A stretch of 64,000 bases of DNA, taken from Mobula hypostoma. Its lineage: Eukaryota. Under the pieces are notes generated by a model. That model saw nothing but the letters and a program-made list of their open reading frames with translations. It did no database searches and had not been told where the DNA came from. The translations under genes and the position numbers were made by a program. The stretch covers positions 166,348,001-166,412,000 of the forward strand of contig NC_086097.1 of the NCBI RefSeq assembly GCF_963921235.1, in the 5' to 3' direction. Below, in pieces: positions 46,956 through 58,129 of the stretch. Each line of letters opens with the position of its first letter. Position 1 is the stretch's first letter.

Positions 46956-47752
46956 TTAATGTTTCCTTGCCTTATATTTTCTTCTTATCTAGTCAAAGAA
47001 CTTGTCCAAACCCTTTCAGGTTGCCCCACTTTCATTCCCCTCAATGCTGCACAGCCATTGCCCTTTGCTGCTGTTTGCCGGGTGCCTCACCACTGGGGCT
47101 CATGAAATTATCCGATCCCCGCTCACCTGTGCATCTCCCGGAGTTAAAATTAGGGGCGTAGTTTGAGCAATGTCTGTGGCTGAAAGAAAAGACTAAAAGT
47201 CTGGTCTGAGGCTTTACAGAGAAGTTGACTGAGCAACAGTGCCCCGACTCAGTGATTTGTGGGACCCGATGATAGCAAGGAGCTGCAGAAAGGAATGACT
47301 GACACACACTTATCAGACATAACTAATCCAGATGAAAGGCTCCAGCTGAAGTGCCTGCAGCAGTGTTAACTCATAAAAGCAAGGCACGCACATCAGAAAG
47401 TGTATATCACCAGAGCTGGCTCCCTGGCATCCCTGGGACTGTATAGGGTTTCTAAAAGACTGAACTCAGTAATAATTGCCTTGTCAGACAGAAATAGGAT
47501 CACAGCACATTGGATGGCTTTTTGTTTGAGAAATTTATTCATCCCTTCTCTTTGATGGATGTGCATAATTTTCTGATAATGGTCAAAGAAATTGTTTTCT
47601 GATTTTAAACTCTATCTATTTAAAGAGCAGTAGCAATCAGCGCATATTTGTGGCATACTGGATATAAGAGTATGTTCGTGCACACTCAGAGATTAGATAT
47701 TTGCTCAAGGTAAACGAAAGAATCAGCATTTAGTAGAGACACAAGAGACAGC

Positions 47753-48004
47753 TGTTATGTTTTGTAACCCTAAAACATTACACTAATTACAATGAAAGGA
47801 CGGGAGGCCAGGAGATAACTTGTGTATGTTTATTTTTTACTTTAAACGATGCGTGTATTTATCAGGTGGTGACAAGATGATGAATGCCATTTATGTACTT
47901 TTACAGATGACCTGCAATCCATTGTGTAAGCAACAAAGAATGCTTAATCAAACAATATAGTTACAATATTTCTCAAATATTACTGAAATATTAAATATGC
48001 AACA
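47753..48004 (-). repeat. 3' LTR of the Gypsy element
   Basis: TGT...ACA ends, adjacent to the PPT, homologous to 53459-53693. Confidence 0.88.
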
Positions 48005-48041
48005 TTCCTTCCTGCTTAGCTATAAACTCCAACTTAATATA

Positions 48042-48549
48042 CAGTACAATGCAAAAGTCTTAGACATATATATATATAGCTAGAGTGCCTAAGACATTTG
48101 CACAGTACTATATTTGTCAAGGTGGAGCAGAGAGTGAATTTCTAAATCTGGTGGGGACAAAGGTAGTTGGGAATTGTGCGGGTAGACAAGGGATGTGGGA
48201 CAGATGGCAGAGAAAGAGTGCCAAGGAGAGGTGAGTAGTGTGGAGGTGATTTGATTCCAAACAGTTGGTTTATTGATCCTTACAGAATGTCTGTCTGGTG
48301 CTTTCTGCTCTGTCCCCTCTCTTTTCCCCTTTTCCCAACCATGATTCCCTCTTCCGGCTCCCTTCCCACTCTCAGTTCGGAATAGAGACCCATATCAGAA
48401 TCAGGTTTATCATCATTCACGTATGTCATGAAAGTTGCTTTTGTTTTGCAACAACAGTACAGTGCAGTTCATAAAATTACTGCAATACTGTCCAAAAGTC
48501 TAAGGCACCCTAATTATATGTATGTGCCTAAATCTTTTGCACAGTACTG
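48042..48549. mobile_element. Tc1/mariner-type MITE with TA TSD
   Basis: Left end TA|CAGTACAATGCAAAAGTCTTAGACA; right end TGCCTAAATCTTTTGCACAGTACTG|TA. Each end also carries an inner inverted TIR copy. Confidence 0.8.
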
Positions 48550-49106
48550 TAGAATGCCTCTCAACTATATACGCAATGTACTATACAATAAAAAAACTAT
48601 ACAGACATCCACAGCACAGTAAATTTTAAGTTGCCCCTTTCAGGCCTGAAGATTTATTCACTGTGAAGGCTTTCTTACTCTTGTAGAATAACATCATTGC
48701 CAAAAAGGGGATCACTCTGCTTGGCAGGTGAGCTGTGAAACAATCTCAGGTTCTCTGGTATCCCCTGTGTTGGTTGGAAGAGCTGACTCGAGACTGCAGG
48801 AAGTGGTTCTGACAGCTCTGGCCTTTTGCTTCTTCTAGTTTGAGTATCTTGATCTTGGGAAGGTCCAATTAGTTCACTGGAGTTTTCTCTTATTAATCCT
48901 TCTATTGTTCCCTTTTCGATTGATCACTCTTCTTGGTTCCCTCATCCACAACATTACCTGACAAATCCTCTGTTTTCATATCTCCATTGACTCTTCTTCT
49001 TGGCCTTTTATTCATCCAGCTGGCCTTTGGTCTTTGCATCTACCCTTACAAGCAGGTTTTTCTCTCCCACTTGAAGTTCATACAATAACCTTAATACACG
49101 CAGAGT

Positions 49107-49788
49107 AGATTAGATTATGAGGACACTCAGTCCTCGTTTATTGTCATTTAAAAATGCATGCATTAAAAAATGATACAACGTTCCTCTACAATGATATCAC
49201 AAGAAAAACACAGGACAAACCAAGACTAAAACTGACAAAGCCACATAATTATAACATATAGTTACAACAGTGCAAAGCAATATCATAATTTGATAAAGAA
49301 CAGACCATGGACGCTGTAAAAAAAAAAGTCTCAAAGTCCCGATAGACTCATCATCTCACGCAGGCGGCAGAAGGGAGGAACTCTCCCTGCCATGAACCTC
49401 CAAGCGCCGCCATCTTGCCGATGCAGCAATATTGAAAGCACCCGACCGCAGCGGACTCTGAGTCCGTCTGAAAACTTCTAGCCTCCAACCAGCCCCTCTC
49501 ACACAGCCTCTCTGAGCACCATCCTCTGCCGAGTGCTTCGACCCTGCCCCGGCCACCGAGCAACAAGCAAAGCCGAGGACTCGGGGCCTTTTCCTCCGGA
49601 GACTCTGGACCACACAGTAGCAGCAGCAGCGAAGCAGGCATTTCAGAAGTTTCTCCAGATGTTCCTCTGTGCTCTCACGTCCGTCTCTATCAAATCAGGA
49701 TTGTGCATGGCACCCTACTTGACAAATAACAGACATCACCACCGGAGTGGCCGCTGTGAGCTGCGTCACGCTGCCATCTTCTCTTCCC
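49107..49788 (-). mobile_element. Second copy of the non-tRNA SINE-like family
   Basis: Minus-strand head GGGAAGAGAAGATGGCAG. Shares 'GCACAGAGGAACATCTGGAGAAA.TTCTGAAA' and the AT-rich 3' block with 33343-33962. Ends with a GAGGAC-TGAGT-GTCCTC hairpin plus (TAATC)n. Confidence 0.82.
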
Positions 49789-49789
49789 G

Positions 49790-50039
49790 TCCTTCGCAGA
49801 TATGAGGAGTAAAAATCTTTAAGTTACATTTCTGTCTAAATGTGCAGTGTACAATCATAGTAATTTATAATAATTTATAATAAATAGAAGAGTCAAACAT
49901 AGAATACACTCAAATCAGTATGAATTAATCAGTCTGATGGCCTGGTGGAAGAAGCTGTCCCGGAGCCTGTTGGTCCTAGCTTTTATGCTGTGGTACCATT
50001 TCCCAGATGGTAGCAGCTGGAATAGATTGTGGTTGGGGT
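49790..50039 (-). repeat. Inverted duplicate of the 3' end of the adjacent Rex1 copy
   Basis: Reverse complement of ~51606-51846, including the same short deletion (ATTCTATGTTTGACT). Confidence 0.85.
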
Positions 50040-50194
50040 AGTTGTGGTTTGGGTCAATTCAATTCATTCAGTAGATTCTGGTTCTTTACACTCACAAAAG
50101 CTGAATGCTTGCAAATTTCCTGAAGGTCCTTGAGCTCTCTTCCAGCTTAAAACCAAGCCACATTTTACAAATCACTGCCAGATTACTGCCATCG

Positions 50195-51873
50195 AGTAGA
50201 TGTGCATTAAGCCCTTGTACTGAGGGCTGCATACCATCACAGACTGCAAAGCCAAACGTTGTGGAGCCTCTCTCCCAGATGAGATCAATCACTTCTATGC
50301 TCGGTTCGATGTCGCTAACTCTGAGCCTCTGAGGAAAGCCACCGGTACAACCTGAAACCTGGTCATCTCTGAGGCTGAGGTATGCAGATGTTTTCAACGA
50401 GTGGACTGTCGCAAGGCTGCGGGACGGGACGGCATCCCAGGCGGGGTACTCAGGACGTGCGCAGCACAACTGTCAGGTGTGTTTACAGATATTTTTAATC
50501 GCTCCCTCTGCCAGTGCAGAGTGCCCCCCAGCTTCAAATTATCCACTATTGTCGCTGTACCAAAGAAGACCAAGGTAACATGCCTGAACGATTGGTGTCC
50601 AGTCGCACTTACCTCAATAATAAGCAAATGATTTGAGAGGCTGGTCAAGGATTACACCTGCTGCTTGCTACCACCCAAACTGGACTCCCTACAATTCGCC
50701 TACCGATCGATAGATGACGCAATAGCCACTGCTCTACGTACCATCTTTACACATCTGGAGAAGAAAGATGCTTAAGTGAGAATGCTGTTCTTGGACTACA
50801 GTTCAGCATTCAACACCATAGTTCTACCCAGGCTTGACAAGAAACTCAAAGACCTCGGCCTTGACCCTGCATTGTGTAGCTGGACCCTGGACTTGCTGTC
50901 AGATCGCCGGCAGGTGGTAAGAGCGGGCTCCCTCACCTCTGCCCCTCTGACTCTCAACACAGGAGCCCCTCAGGGCTGTGTACTAAGTCCTCTCCTTTAC
51001 TCCCTGTATACCCATGACTGTGTCAACACCCACAGCTCTAATCTGCTAATTAAATTTGATGACGACACTACATTGATTGGCCTTATCTCAAACAATAATG
51101 AGGTGGCCTACAGGGAGGAAGTCATCTCTCTGACACAGTGGTGTCAAGAAAACAACCTCTCCTTCACTGTCGCAAAAAACAAAGGAGCTGGCTGTGGATT
51201 ACAGGAGGAATGGAGACAGGCTAACTCCTATTGACATGAATGGATCTGGTTGAGAGGGTAAGCAGCTTTAAGTTCTTCAGCATCCACATCACCAAGGACC
51301 TCACCTGGTCTGTACAAACCAGCTGTGTGGTGAAAAAGCACAACAGCGCCTCTTTCACCTCAGACGGTTGAGGAAGTTTGGTATGGGCCCCCAAATCCTA
51401 AGAACTTTCTACAGTGGCACATTTGAGAGCATCCTGGTTGGCTGCATCACTGCCTGGTATGGGAACTGTACCTCCCTTAATCACAGGATTCTGCGGAGTG
51501 GTGCAGACAGCCCAGTGCATCTGTAGTTGTGAAATTCCCATGATTCAGGACATTTACAAAGACAGGTGTGATAAAAGGGTCCAAAGGATCATTGAGGACC
51601 TGAGTCACCCCAACCACAATCTATTCCAGCTGCTACCATCCTGGAAATGGTACCACAGCATAAAAGCTAGGGCCAATAGGCTCCGGGACAGCTTCTTCCA
51701 CCAAACCATCAGACTGATTAATTCATGGTGATTTGAGTATATTCTATGTTTGACTGTTCTATGTATTATAAATTACTATGATTGTACATTGCACATTTAG
51801 ACAGAAATGTAACTTAGAGATTTTTACTCCTCATGTCTGTGAAGGATGTAAGAAATAAAGTCAATTCAATTCA
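50195..51873 (+). mobile_element. Rex1/Babar LINE, 5'-truncated (same subfamily as 22393-24213)
   Basis: 'KAAGRDGIPG', '[14 protein letters not shown]', '[20 protein letters not shown]' and 'KFDDDT', with an (AATTC)n tail. Confidence 0.94.
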
Positions 51874-53458
51874 TTCAGTAGATTCTGGTTCTTAATACTC
51901 ACAAAAGCTGAATGCTTGCAAATTTCCTGAAGGTCCTTGAAGCTTGCAAATTTCTTGAAGGACTCTTCCAGCTTAAAACCAGGCCTCATTTTACAAATCA
52001 CTGTCAGATTAACATACCAGAGGTTTTGTTACCAACAAAAGCTGTTGTAGTCAGACCACTGCTTTCATCACTTACTGCTTCCTCTAAACAGCATGGTTCT
52101 TCCTTTGTGCAATGTGCTTTCCAAATCGAGGTAATGGTTCATGGTGTACACCATGAAGACAGTTGTGGCATCATCTAGTACCTTTGTTATTTCGCTTTTG
52201 GTTGGCTCTATTTCAGAGGATGTGGCAGGAAAATGGTAAATGGATCTCTAATCATGTTGTAGTTGTCTCAGCTACTCATGAAACTACAATGCTGTTTTTA
52301 GCATATACAAGCCCAATGTGGCTTGTTGGTTGTTGAATTTCACTGCTACAGATGTCATTCCCACTCGAGTTACCTTTTCTCCAGTATAATTCTTAGATGG
52401 ATATCTGCAGGCTTCAGTTTAATATCTTCGAAATGCCTTTCAAACTCATTTTGTGGAACAACTGAAACAGCTGAACCAGTGCCCTATTCCTTTTTAATTA
52501 ACTTGCTTTTCACTTCCAGTGTAGGCCATATTGCTTGTCTGTAGGTTGTTCTCACATTGTAAATCTCAAGGCTAGTCAGGCCTGTGTCACTCTCATCATT
52601 ATCAGATTTTTCATCAACACAATGCAGATTAATTCTCTTTTTGAATCTGCAACTTGACTTTTTAGCTTTTTTGATTCTATATGCAGTCCATTTATTTTTG
52701 TCTGTCCAACATGCTCTTTGTATGTGTTCTACTTTGTTGTATTTTCTGCAAGTTTCACCCTTAAACCTGCATTGGCCTGATATATGTGAGATTCTGCCAC
52801 AACGGTAACACAATTTATTTGGCAGGCCAGTTTTTGTTTAGCTGCTGTAATTTAATTCACGCTCACTTTCATTCCTGACTGCAACTTAATTGTGACTCTG
52901 CCTGTGGTTTCCATTGAAACAGTGATTTCAACTACTCTTTTAAATGTAAGTTGTGCTTCAGTAAAGAGCTGTTATTTAATACATTCTTGTAAGATTCCAC
53001 AATCTAAGCAATCTCTCAGTGTGTATCTTTAAGCTCTTCATTGAACTGATAATGCTCAGGCAATCTCTTCAATTCAACCACATATACTTTAAAGGACTCA
53101 CTTTCCTTTTGATTTCACATATGAAACATAAAGTGTTCTGCAATCAACAATGGTTTTGGTTCCAGATGTTCCTGCATTTCCTTCATAATATCAGCAAAGC
53201 TTAGTTCGGCTGGTTTGGTTAGAGCAGTCAAACTCCTAAGTAAACTGAATGCTTTTAAATCCAATGCACTCAGCAAAATTGGCACTCGCTGCTCATCAGC
53301 AAATTCATTTGCTTTAAGATACTGATGGTCTTACCTTTTACAAAAATGTGCTACTCTGAAGAAGAAGAAAGTACATGCTGTGCTTTTTTAAACAACTCAA
53401 ACGTATTGCTATGCTTCAAGAGGTCTTGGGTTTGTTTTAAAAATGCCTCATCGTCACT

Positions 53459-53693
53459 CTTGTATTTTGTAACTCCGAAACATAAATCTAATTGCAATAT
53501 TCTCAGGAGATAAGTTGTGTATGTTCCTTTTTACTTTAAGTATCATGAGTACTTATCATGTGGTGGCGTGATGACGTATGCCATTTACGTACTTTTACAG
53601 ATAACCACAATGCATTATGTAAACAACAAAGAATGCTTAGTCAAACAATATATTTACAATATTCAAATATTGCTAAAATATTAAATACACAAC
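53459..53693 (-). repeat. 5' LTR of the Gypsy element
   Basis: Homologous to 47753-48004 ('AACAAAGAATGCTTA.TCAAACAATATA.TTACAATATT') and followed on the minus strand by the PBS-like site. Confidence 0.86.
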
Positions 53694-53905
53694 TGCAGCT
53701 GCTGGAATCTGGAGTAAGCAACATCCTGCTGGAGGACCCAATGGATTGAGCAGCATCTGACGGTGGATAAGGATTGGTGATGTTTTGGGTCAAAACCCTG
53801 AATCAGGAGGTAATGCAGGGTTCAACCGGAAACATTAGCAATTCCTTTACTCCCACAGATGCTGCTCGACCCGCTGAGTTCCTCCAGCAGACTGTTTGTT
53901 GCAGT
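53693..53905. repeat. Inverted pair of Penelope terminal repeats (long imperfect palindrome)
   Basis: Left arm 'CTGCTGGAGGACCCAATGGATTGAGCAGCATCTG...TGTTTTGGGTCAAAACCCTG' mirrors right arm 'CAGGGTTCAACCGGAAACA...CAGATGCTGCTCGACCCGCTGAGTTCCTCCAGCAG'. Confidence 0.8.
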
Positions 53906-54234
53906 CTCTTTATTTATTTGTTTGTTTGTTTGTTCCCTTTAGTCCCCAATGTAAAACATCACTCAAAGCATCTGAAGAATATGTTTGAACAAAAATATGA
54001 CTGTCAAGGAAGGAATCAATAGGAGATGTGCTCAGTTAGTTGGTCCAAACATGGATTTCTTAGAAGTACTAAACATAGTTGGACAGTGAATTCTAGAGCT
54101 TGGTGGATGAAGACACTGGTATTAACTGAAGACAGGTGGAATGCTGAAGGCATCCAAGTTTATAGAAGTTTGTAGAGGTATAAGAGAGTTCAGTGTTCGA
54201 GAGTGATGAAGTTTTGAGTGAAAAGGAAGCTAGA

Positions 54235-54365
54235 AGTCCTGCTGAAGGGTCTTGGCCCGAAATATCAACTGTTTACTCTTTTCCCTAGATGCTGCCTGGC
54301 CTGTTGAGTTCCTCCAGCAGTTTGTGTGTGTTGCTTAGATTTCCAGCATCTGCAGATTTTGACTT
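54235..54365 (+). repeat. Penelope terminal repeat with mutated hammerhead motif
   Basis: 'AGTCCTGCTGAAGGGTCTTGGCCCGAAATATCAACTG...GATGCTGCCTGGCCTGTTGAGTTCCTCCAGCA'. Confidence 0.85.
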
Positions 54366-54779
54366 GTTGGTGTGCATTGCCTAGAGGTATTGATGGATGG
54401 ATGTCAATAAGCCTTGCTGAAGACTCCTCCAATATTGTGCACATTAAGGTCATGGATAACTCATCAACATCAGTTTACTGAACAATAGATATTCTTCATA
54501 TTACAGTCTTCAGCATGTTATATTCAGTCCTGATGATTATTTTAATCAGAGGATCATAAAATATATACTATAAATATTAATCAATTCATTCTTATCAACA
54601 AGTATACTGTATTTAAAATATCAATATTGCTATTGAAATACATCAGAACTAGCTGTTAGAAACATATTTACCCTGTTACAGTAATAAACCCTGTAATCTT
54701 TCAAATTCTCATTACAGTTTGCAAAATAAATCTTTGAAATAGAATTAGGGTGCTAATTTATCAGAGATCTTGACTGATG

Positions 54780-55032
54780 GGTCCTGATACAGGGGTTCGA
54801 TCCAAAATGATGACAATACATTTCTCAATATCAGAATCAGGTTTATTGTCGCTGAGATACTGTAAGTCATGAAATTTGTTGTTTTGTGGCAGCAGTACAG
54901 TGCAGGCACAATAAATTACTACAATTTATGATAAATAGATGCATAGATAGATATCTCTGGAGATATCACTCAACCTGTTGAATTCCTTGAGCAGGTGGTT
55001 TATTGCTCCAGAATCCAGCAGCTGCAATCTTT
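54780..55032 (+). repeat. Degraded Penelope terminal repeat split by an antisense Rex1 tail (~54830-54950)
   Basis: 'GTCCTGATACAGGGGTTCGATCCAAAATG' followed by 'CCTGTTGAATTCCTTGAGCAG...CCAGAATCCAGCAGCTGCA'. Confidence 0.6.
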
Positions 55033-55611
55033 TCTGTCTGTTAAGTAATCATTATGGTTTGTGAATATTCCTCCGACTTTTGTTGGAAATGCATGAAGTT
55101 CATGATTTTCACACATCTGAAAAACTATTGGCACAATTGGCTGGAGTGGAGAGATCCTTTGACTGGCTACTGTTCAGTCTGCTCTGGAAGACACACATCT
55201 GTTCAGTGTTCAACACTGAAAAGGAGATTTCAACCAAATCAATAGGCTGGGTATAAGCTGGAACTTAACAGCAGTATTTAATAAAGAAAAAAAACAATGT
55301 GTTTTAATGATCATTGATAGATTTAAAAATGCTTGTGCTGTTAAATAATCACATGCTTTAGAAGCTTAACAAGCCTCATTGCAGCGCCTTTGTAGTTTCA
55401 CAATCCTATGCTTCCGTTCGCAGGATGGCAGGTGCAGAACAGGATGTGTTGATGGAAAGGCTATGTTTTTCAAGAGAGAAAGACTACATTTCAATAGCGT
55501 CTTCCATGGTACAAAATCATTTTTACCAGCGATACAGCAATTTTTCTTTTGCAATCTAAGAAGCACAGTGGCCAATTTTCACCCCGGTGAACTCAAACAA
55601 TATGTTAATGA

Positions 55612-56066
55612 AGACACAAGAATCTGCAGATGCTGAAATCTGGAATAACAACAAAATGCTCCAGGAATTCAGGCAACATCTATGAAGGGAAATGAACAGT
55701 CAACTTTTCGAGTGATGACCCTTCACCTTGTCTGAAAGATGGTGGGAAGATAGGGGAAGGGGAGGACAGGAGCTGGCAGGCAATAAGTGGATTGGGGGGC
55801 GGAATCGGTAGCTGGGGGCAGCTGAGGGAGGGGGAGAGTGGAATGACATCAGGAGCTGGGAAGTGAAACGTGGAAGTGACAATGGGCTGAAGATGATGGA
55901 ATCTGATACGAGAGGAAGAGATGGAGGTGAGCAGATAGGAGCAATGGGAGAGTGAAACCAGTGGGCAGAGTGTCTTAGTGATGGGCAGATGGGGGCTGGG
56001 TGCTTCAGGACGAGAGAATAAAAGGCCAGAGGGGGAGAAGATATTTAGAAGCTGGAGATTTCAATG
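55612..56066 (-). mobile_element. Penelope-like 3' fragment
   Basis: Terminal repeat 'ACACAAGAATCTGCAGATGCTGAAATCTGG', hammerhead-region remnant at ~55697-55730 and a purine-rich (+) UTR as in 1-231. Confidence 0.72.
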
Positions 56067-56607
56067 TGATGATGATTCACCTCTGAAACTTCAGCTGTGA
56101 CTATAAACAAATTCTCCAGAGAGACACTGAAGCTAGTGATATAGAAGTCTTTATTTAGCACAAAAGCAGGCATCATTGCAAACACTCTCAGTAGAAGCTC
56201 ACAAACTCAAAGGTATGGCATATTTTATGCCCTTAAATCATCCAAACATCGGGTCACTCCTAGTTCTAGAACCCGGCCCTGTCACATTGATACACTCCAG
56301 GCCTGGATCCCACTGCCATGTTTTGGTCTGTACCTGGCCTTTCCAAATCGGCCTGGCATTTAGGTAGACGGGCCCCGAAACCACCGCTCCTCGGCTTTGA
56401 ACTTTTTCCGCTCTGCTTGCCCTGACTCCGTCTCAACTATGCCTTGACTTCGCTCCAACTTCTCCTCGAGCATGCTTCAATCTTGCCCCAACTCTGCCTC
56501 GCACCCGTATGCTTTGACCCTCCACTCAGCGTTGCCTTTGCTTGCCTCTTCATTGTTTGCAGTGATCGTTTACCATAATTCTTTACAGAAAAATTGTGAT
56601 TAATAAA

Positions 56608-56840
56608 GTGAGGGGAAACTTCCTCACTCAGCGGGTCATGAGAGGGTGGAATGAGCAGCCAGCACAAGTGGTGCATGCGAGCTTGATTTCAACATCTGAG
56701 AGAAGTTTAGATAGGTACATGGATTCTACTGTAGAGGGCTATGGTCCCAGTGCAGGTTGATGGAAGTAGGCAGTTTAAATAGTTTTGGCAAGGACTAGAT
56801 GGTTCAAAGGGCCTGTTTCTGTCCTGTGCTTCTCCATGAT
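56608..56840 (+). repeat. CR1 3' end fragment
   Basis: 'AACTTCCTCACTCAGCGGGTCATGAGAGGGTGGAATGAGC.GCCAGCACAAGTG' matches the CR1 at 9781-9966. Confidence 0.85.
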
Positions 56841-57464
56841 TACTTAGTTGTATCTCTGTTCTGTGAACTGCCAGTGTGTTGTCAATTGCCCTCAGCGGCA
56901 CCGTCTTCAACCAGAAGTTCAATAACTGCAATGGCATTGTTTACTTCAATACTTCGGGTTGACAAACGGCTCATTTGAGGCACATAATGGAGGCAAATTG
57001 TAATTGAAAAGACACCTCTTAAGGTCCAAATGTCTTTGGGAAAAACTGTATTAATACAAATATTCTAAAACCTTTTGATGAGAGAGAGAGTCAGCTACCA
57101 AAATTATTGTTTTCAGGGCTATCTCTGAGTTCACAAATGTGACAAGTACACAAAAACTATTGATTGCTGTTACCATGTCTGATACGCTAAGTGACAACAT
57201 CCATCTGGTCTGCCAGTTGTAAATAACTAAACCGTGTTGCCTGGTTTGATGCAATCCAATTAATACAATTCCCATTGTCTTAACATTTGGCTCTTGCATC
57301 TGCCATTTCTTAGTTTGTGAAGCAGTCTGTGCTTTTAACTTCAATTTACTGCTTATCATTTACAAAAAAACTGAAGGCTAATTGCAAGTTTCCTGAACTT
57401 ATTTACATTTATAGAACTGAAGCCTGGTTCTTGTTTGAATTAATATTAGCTTTATTCACATTTG

Positions 57465-57672
57465 GACTGGCTGGTGATGTAGTGGTCAGCACTGGACTCC
57501 TAGGCGGATGGTTCTGAGTTAAAGTCTGGCTGGTCCTCTCCTGGGAAGTAGCAGTACCTGTGCGGAAGAAAGGCCTGGCAACCTATTTCCGTATCTTGCC
57601 GTGAAAACCACAGCCCACGGGGTTGCCACGAGTCAACAGGTACCTCAACAGCACTCAACACCACAACAACAT
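57465..57672 (+). mobile_element. tRNA-head SINE with an RTE-type 3' tail
   Basis: A-box-like 'TGGTGATGTAGTGG', B-box-like 'GAGTTAAAGTC', tail 'GGCAACCTATTTCCGTATCTTGCCGTGAAAACC...GGGGTTGCCACGAGTC' resembling RTE/BovB-type ends, and a (CAA)n terminus. Confidence 0.6.
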
Positions 57673-57721
57673 ATTCACACAACTCCAGAATACTCCCCAA
57701 ACACCACCCCTCCGCACCCCC

Positions 57722-57812
57722 CCCATAGATGCTGCCTGACCTGCTGAGTTCCTCCAGCATTTTGTGTGTGTTGTTCAAGGTTTCCAGCATCTACAGATCC
57801 ACAGATTTTTTT
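57722..57812 (+). repeat. Penelope-associated terminal repeat fragment
   Basis: 'CCATAGATGCTGCCTGACCTGCTGAGTTCCTCCAGCATTTTGTGTGTGTTG...TTTCCAGCATCTACAGA'. Confidence 0.85.
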
Positions 57813-58129
57813 TGAGTCTATCCAGCCTCGCTCCCTGCAAATGTGCAGCTCTGCTCAATTCAGACCAACCCCACACTTGTCATCAAGGGAGTGCCATAGG
57901 TTTCTGGCATTCTGACCTGCACCTCACAGAGCTTTCTGACACCTCCTCACACCCTCCTTTGAAACATGACCCCACTAATGAACAGTAGGCCACTGACTCC
58001 TTTTCAATTGTTCGCTCCTGCCTAAAGTAAAAGCAAAATAGGAAACGTGGCTCCTGCTTACAAAAGAAATAAGGTATAAGCGGAGAAACATAAGGAGATC
58101 AGAACAAAAGCAGGGCTGAGGGTTGGCCG

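Larger units (their letters stand above)
47753..53693 (-). mobile_element. Gypsy/Ty3 LTR retrotransposon, internally deleted and degraded, with nested insertions
   Basis: Two homologous LTRs at 47753-48004 and ~53459-53693. PBS-like AGTGACGATGAGG at 53446-53458 (-) and PPT AAGCAGGAAGGAA at ~48005-48017 (-). Gag N-terminus 'ANEFADEQRVPILLSAL...SLLRSLT', zinc knuckles 'CYRCGRISH...C...CRKYNKVEHIQRAC', protease remnant 'E*GTGSAVSVV' and integrase-end-like 'YSTRVRKP'. Confidence 0.88.

Noticed and set aside
54236..54272. Second functional hammerhead
   Set aside because: The core is mutated (CUGCUGA, GAAAUAUC). Other copies at ~9070, 28460, 42870, 55710 and 58950 also have core substitutions, so they are counted only as relics.
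55379..55636. Short ORFs and acceptor-like site near 55433
   Set aside because: No recognisable product, a weak donor, and the ORF runs into a Penelope repeat.
56075..56235. Solo ERV-like LTR
   Set aside because: Only a minus-strand AATAAA and general appearance support it. No clear TG...CA pair, TSD or second copy.
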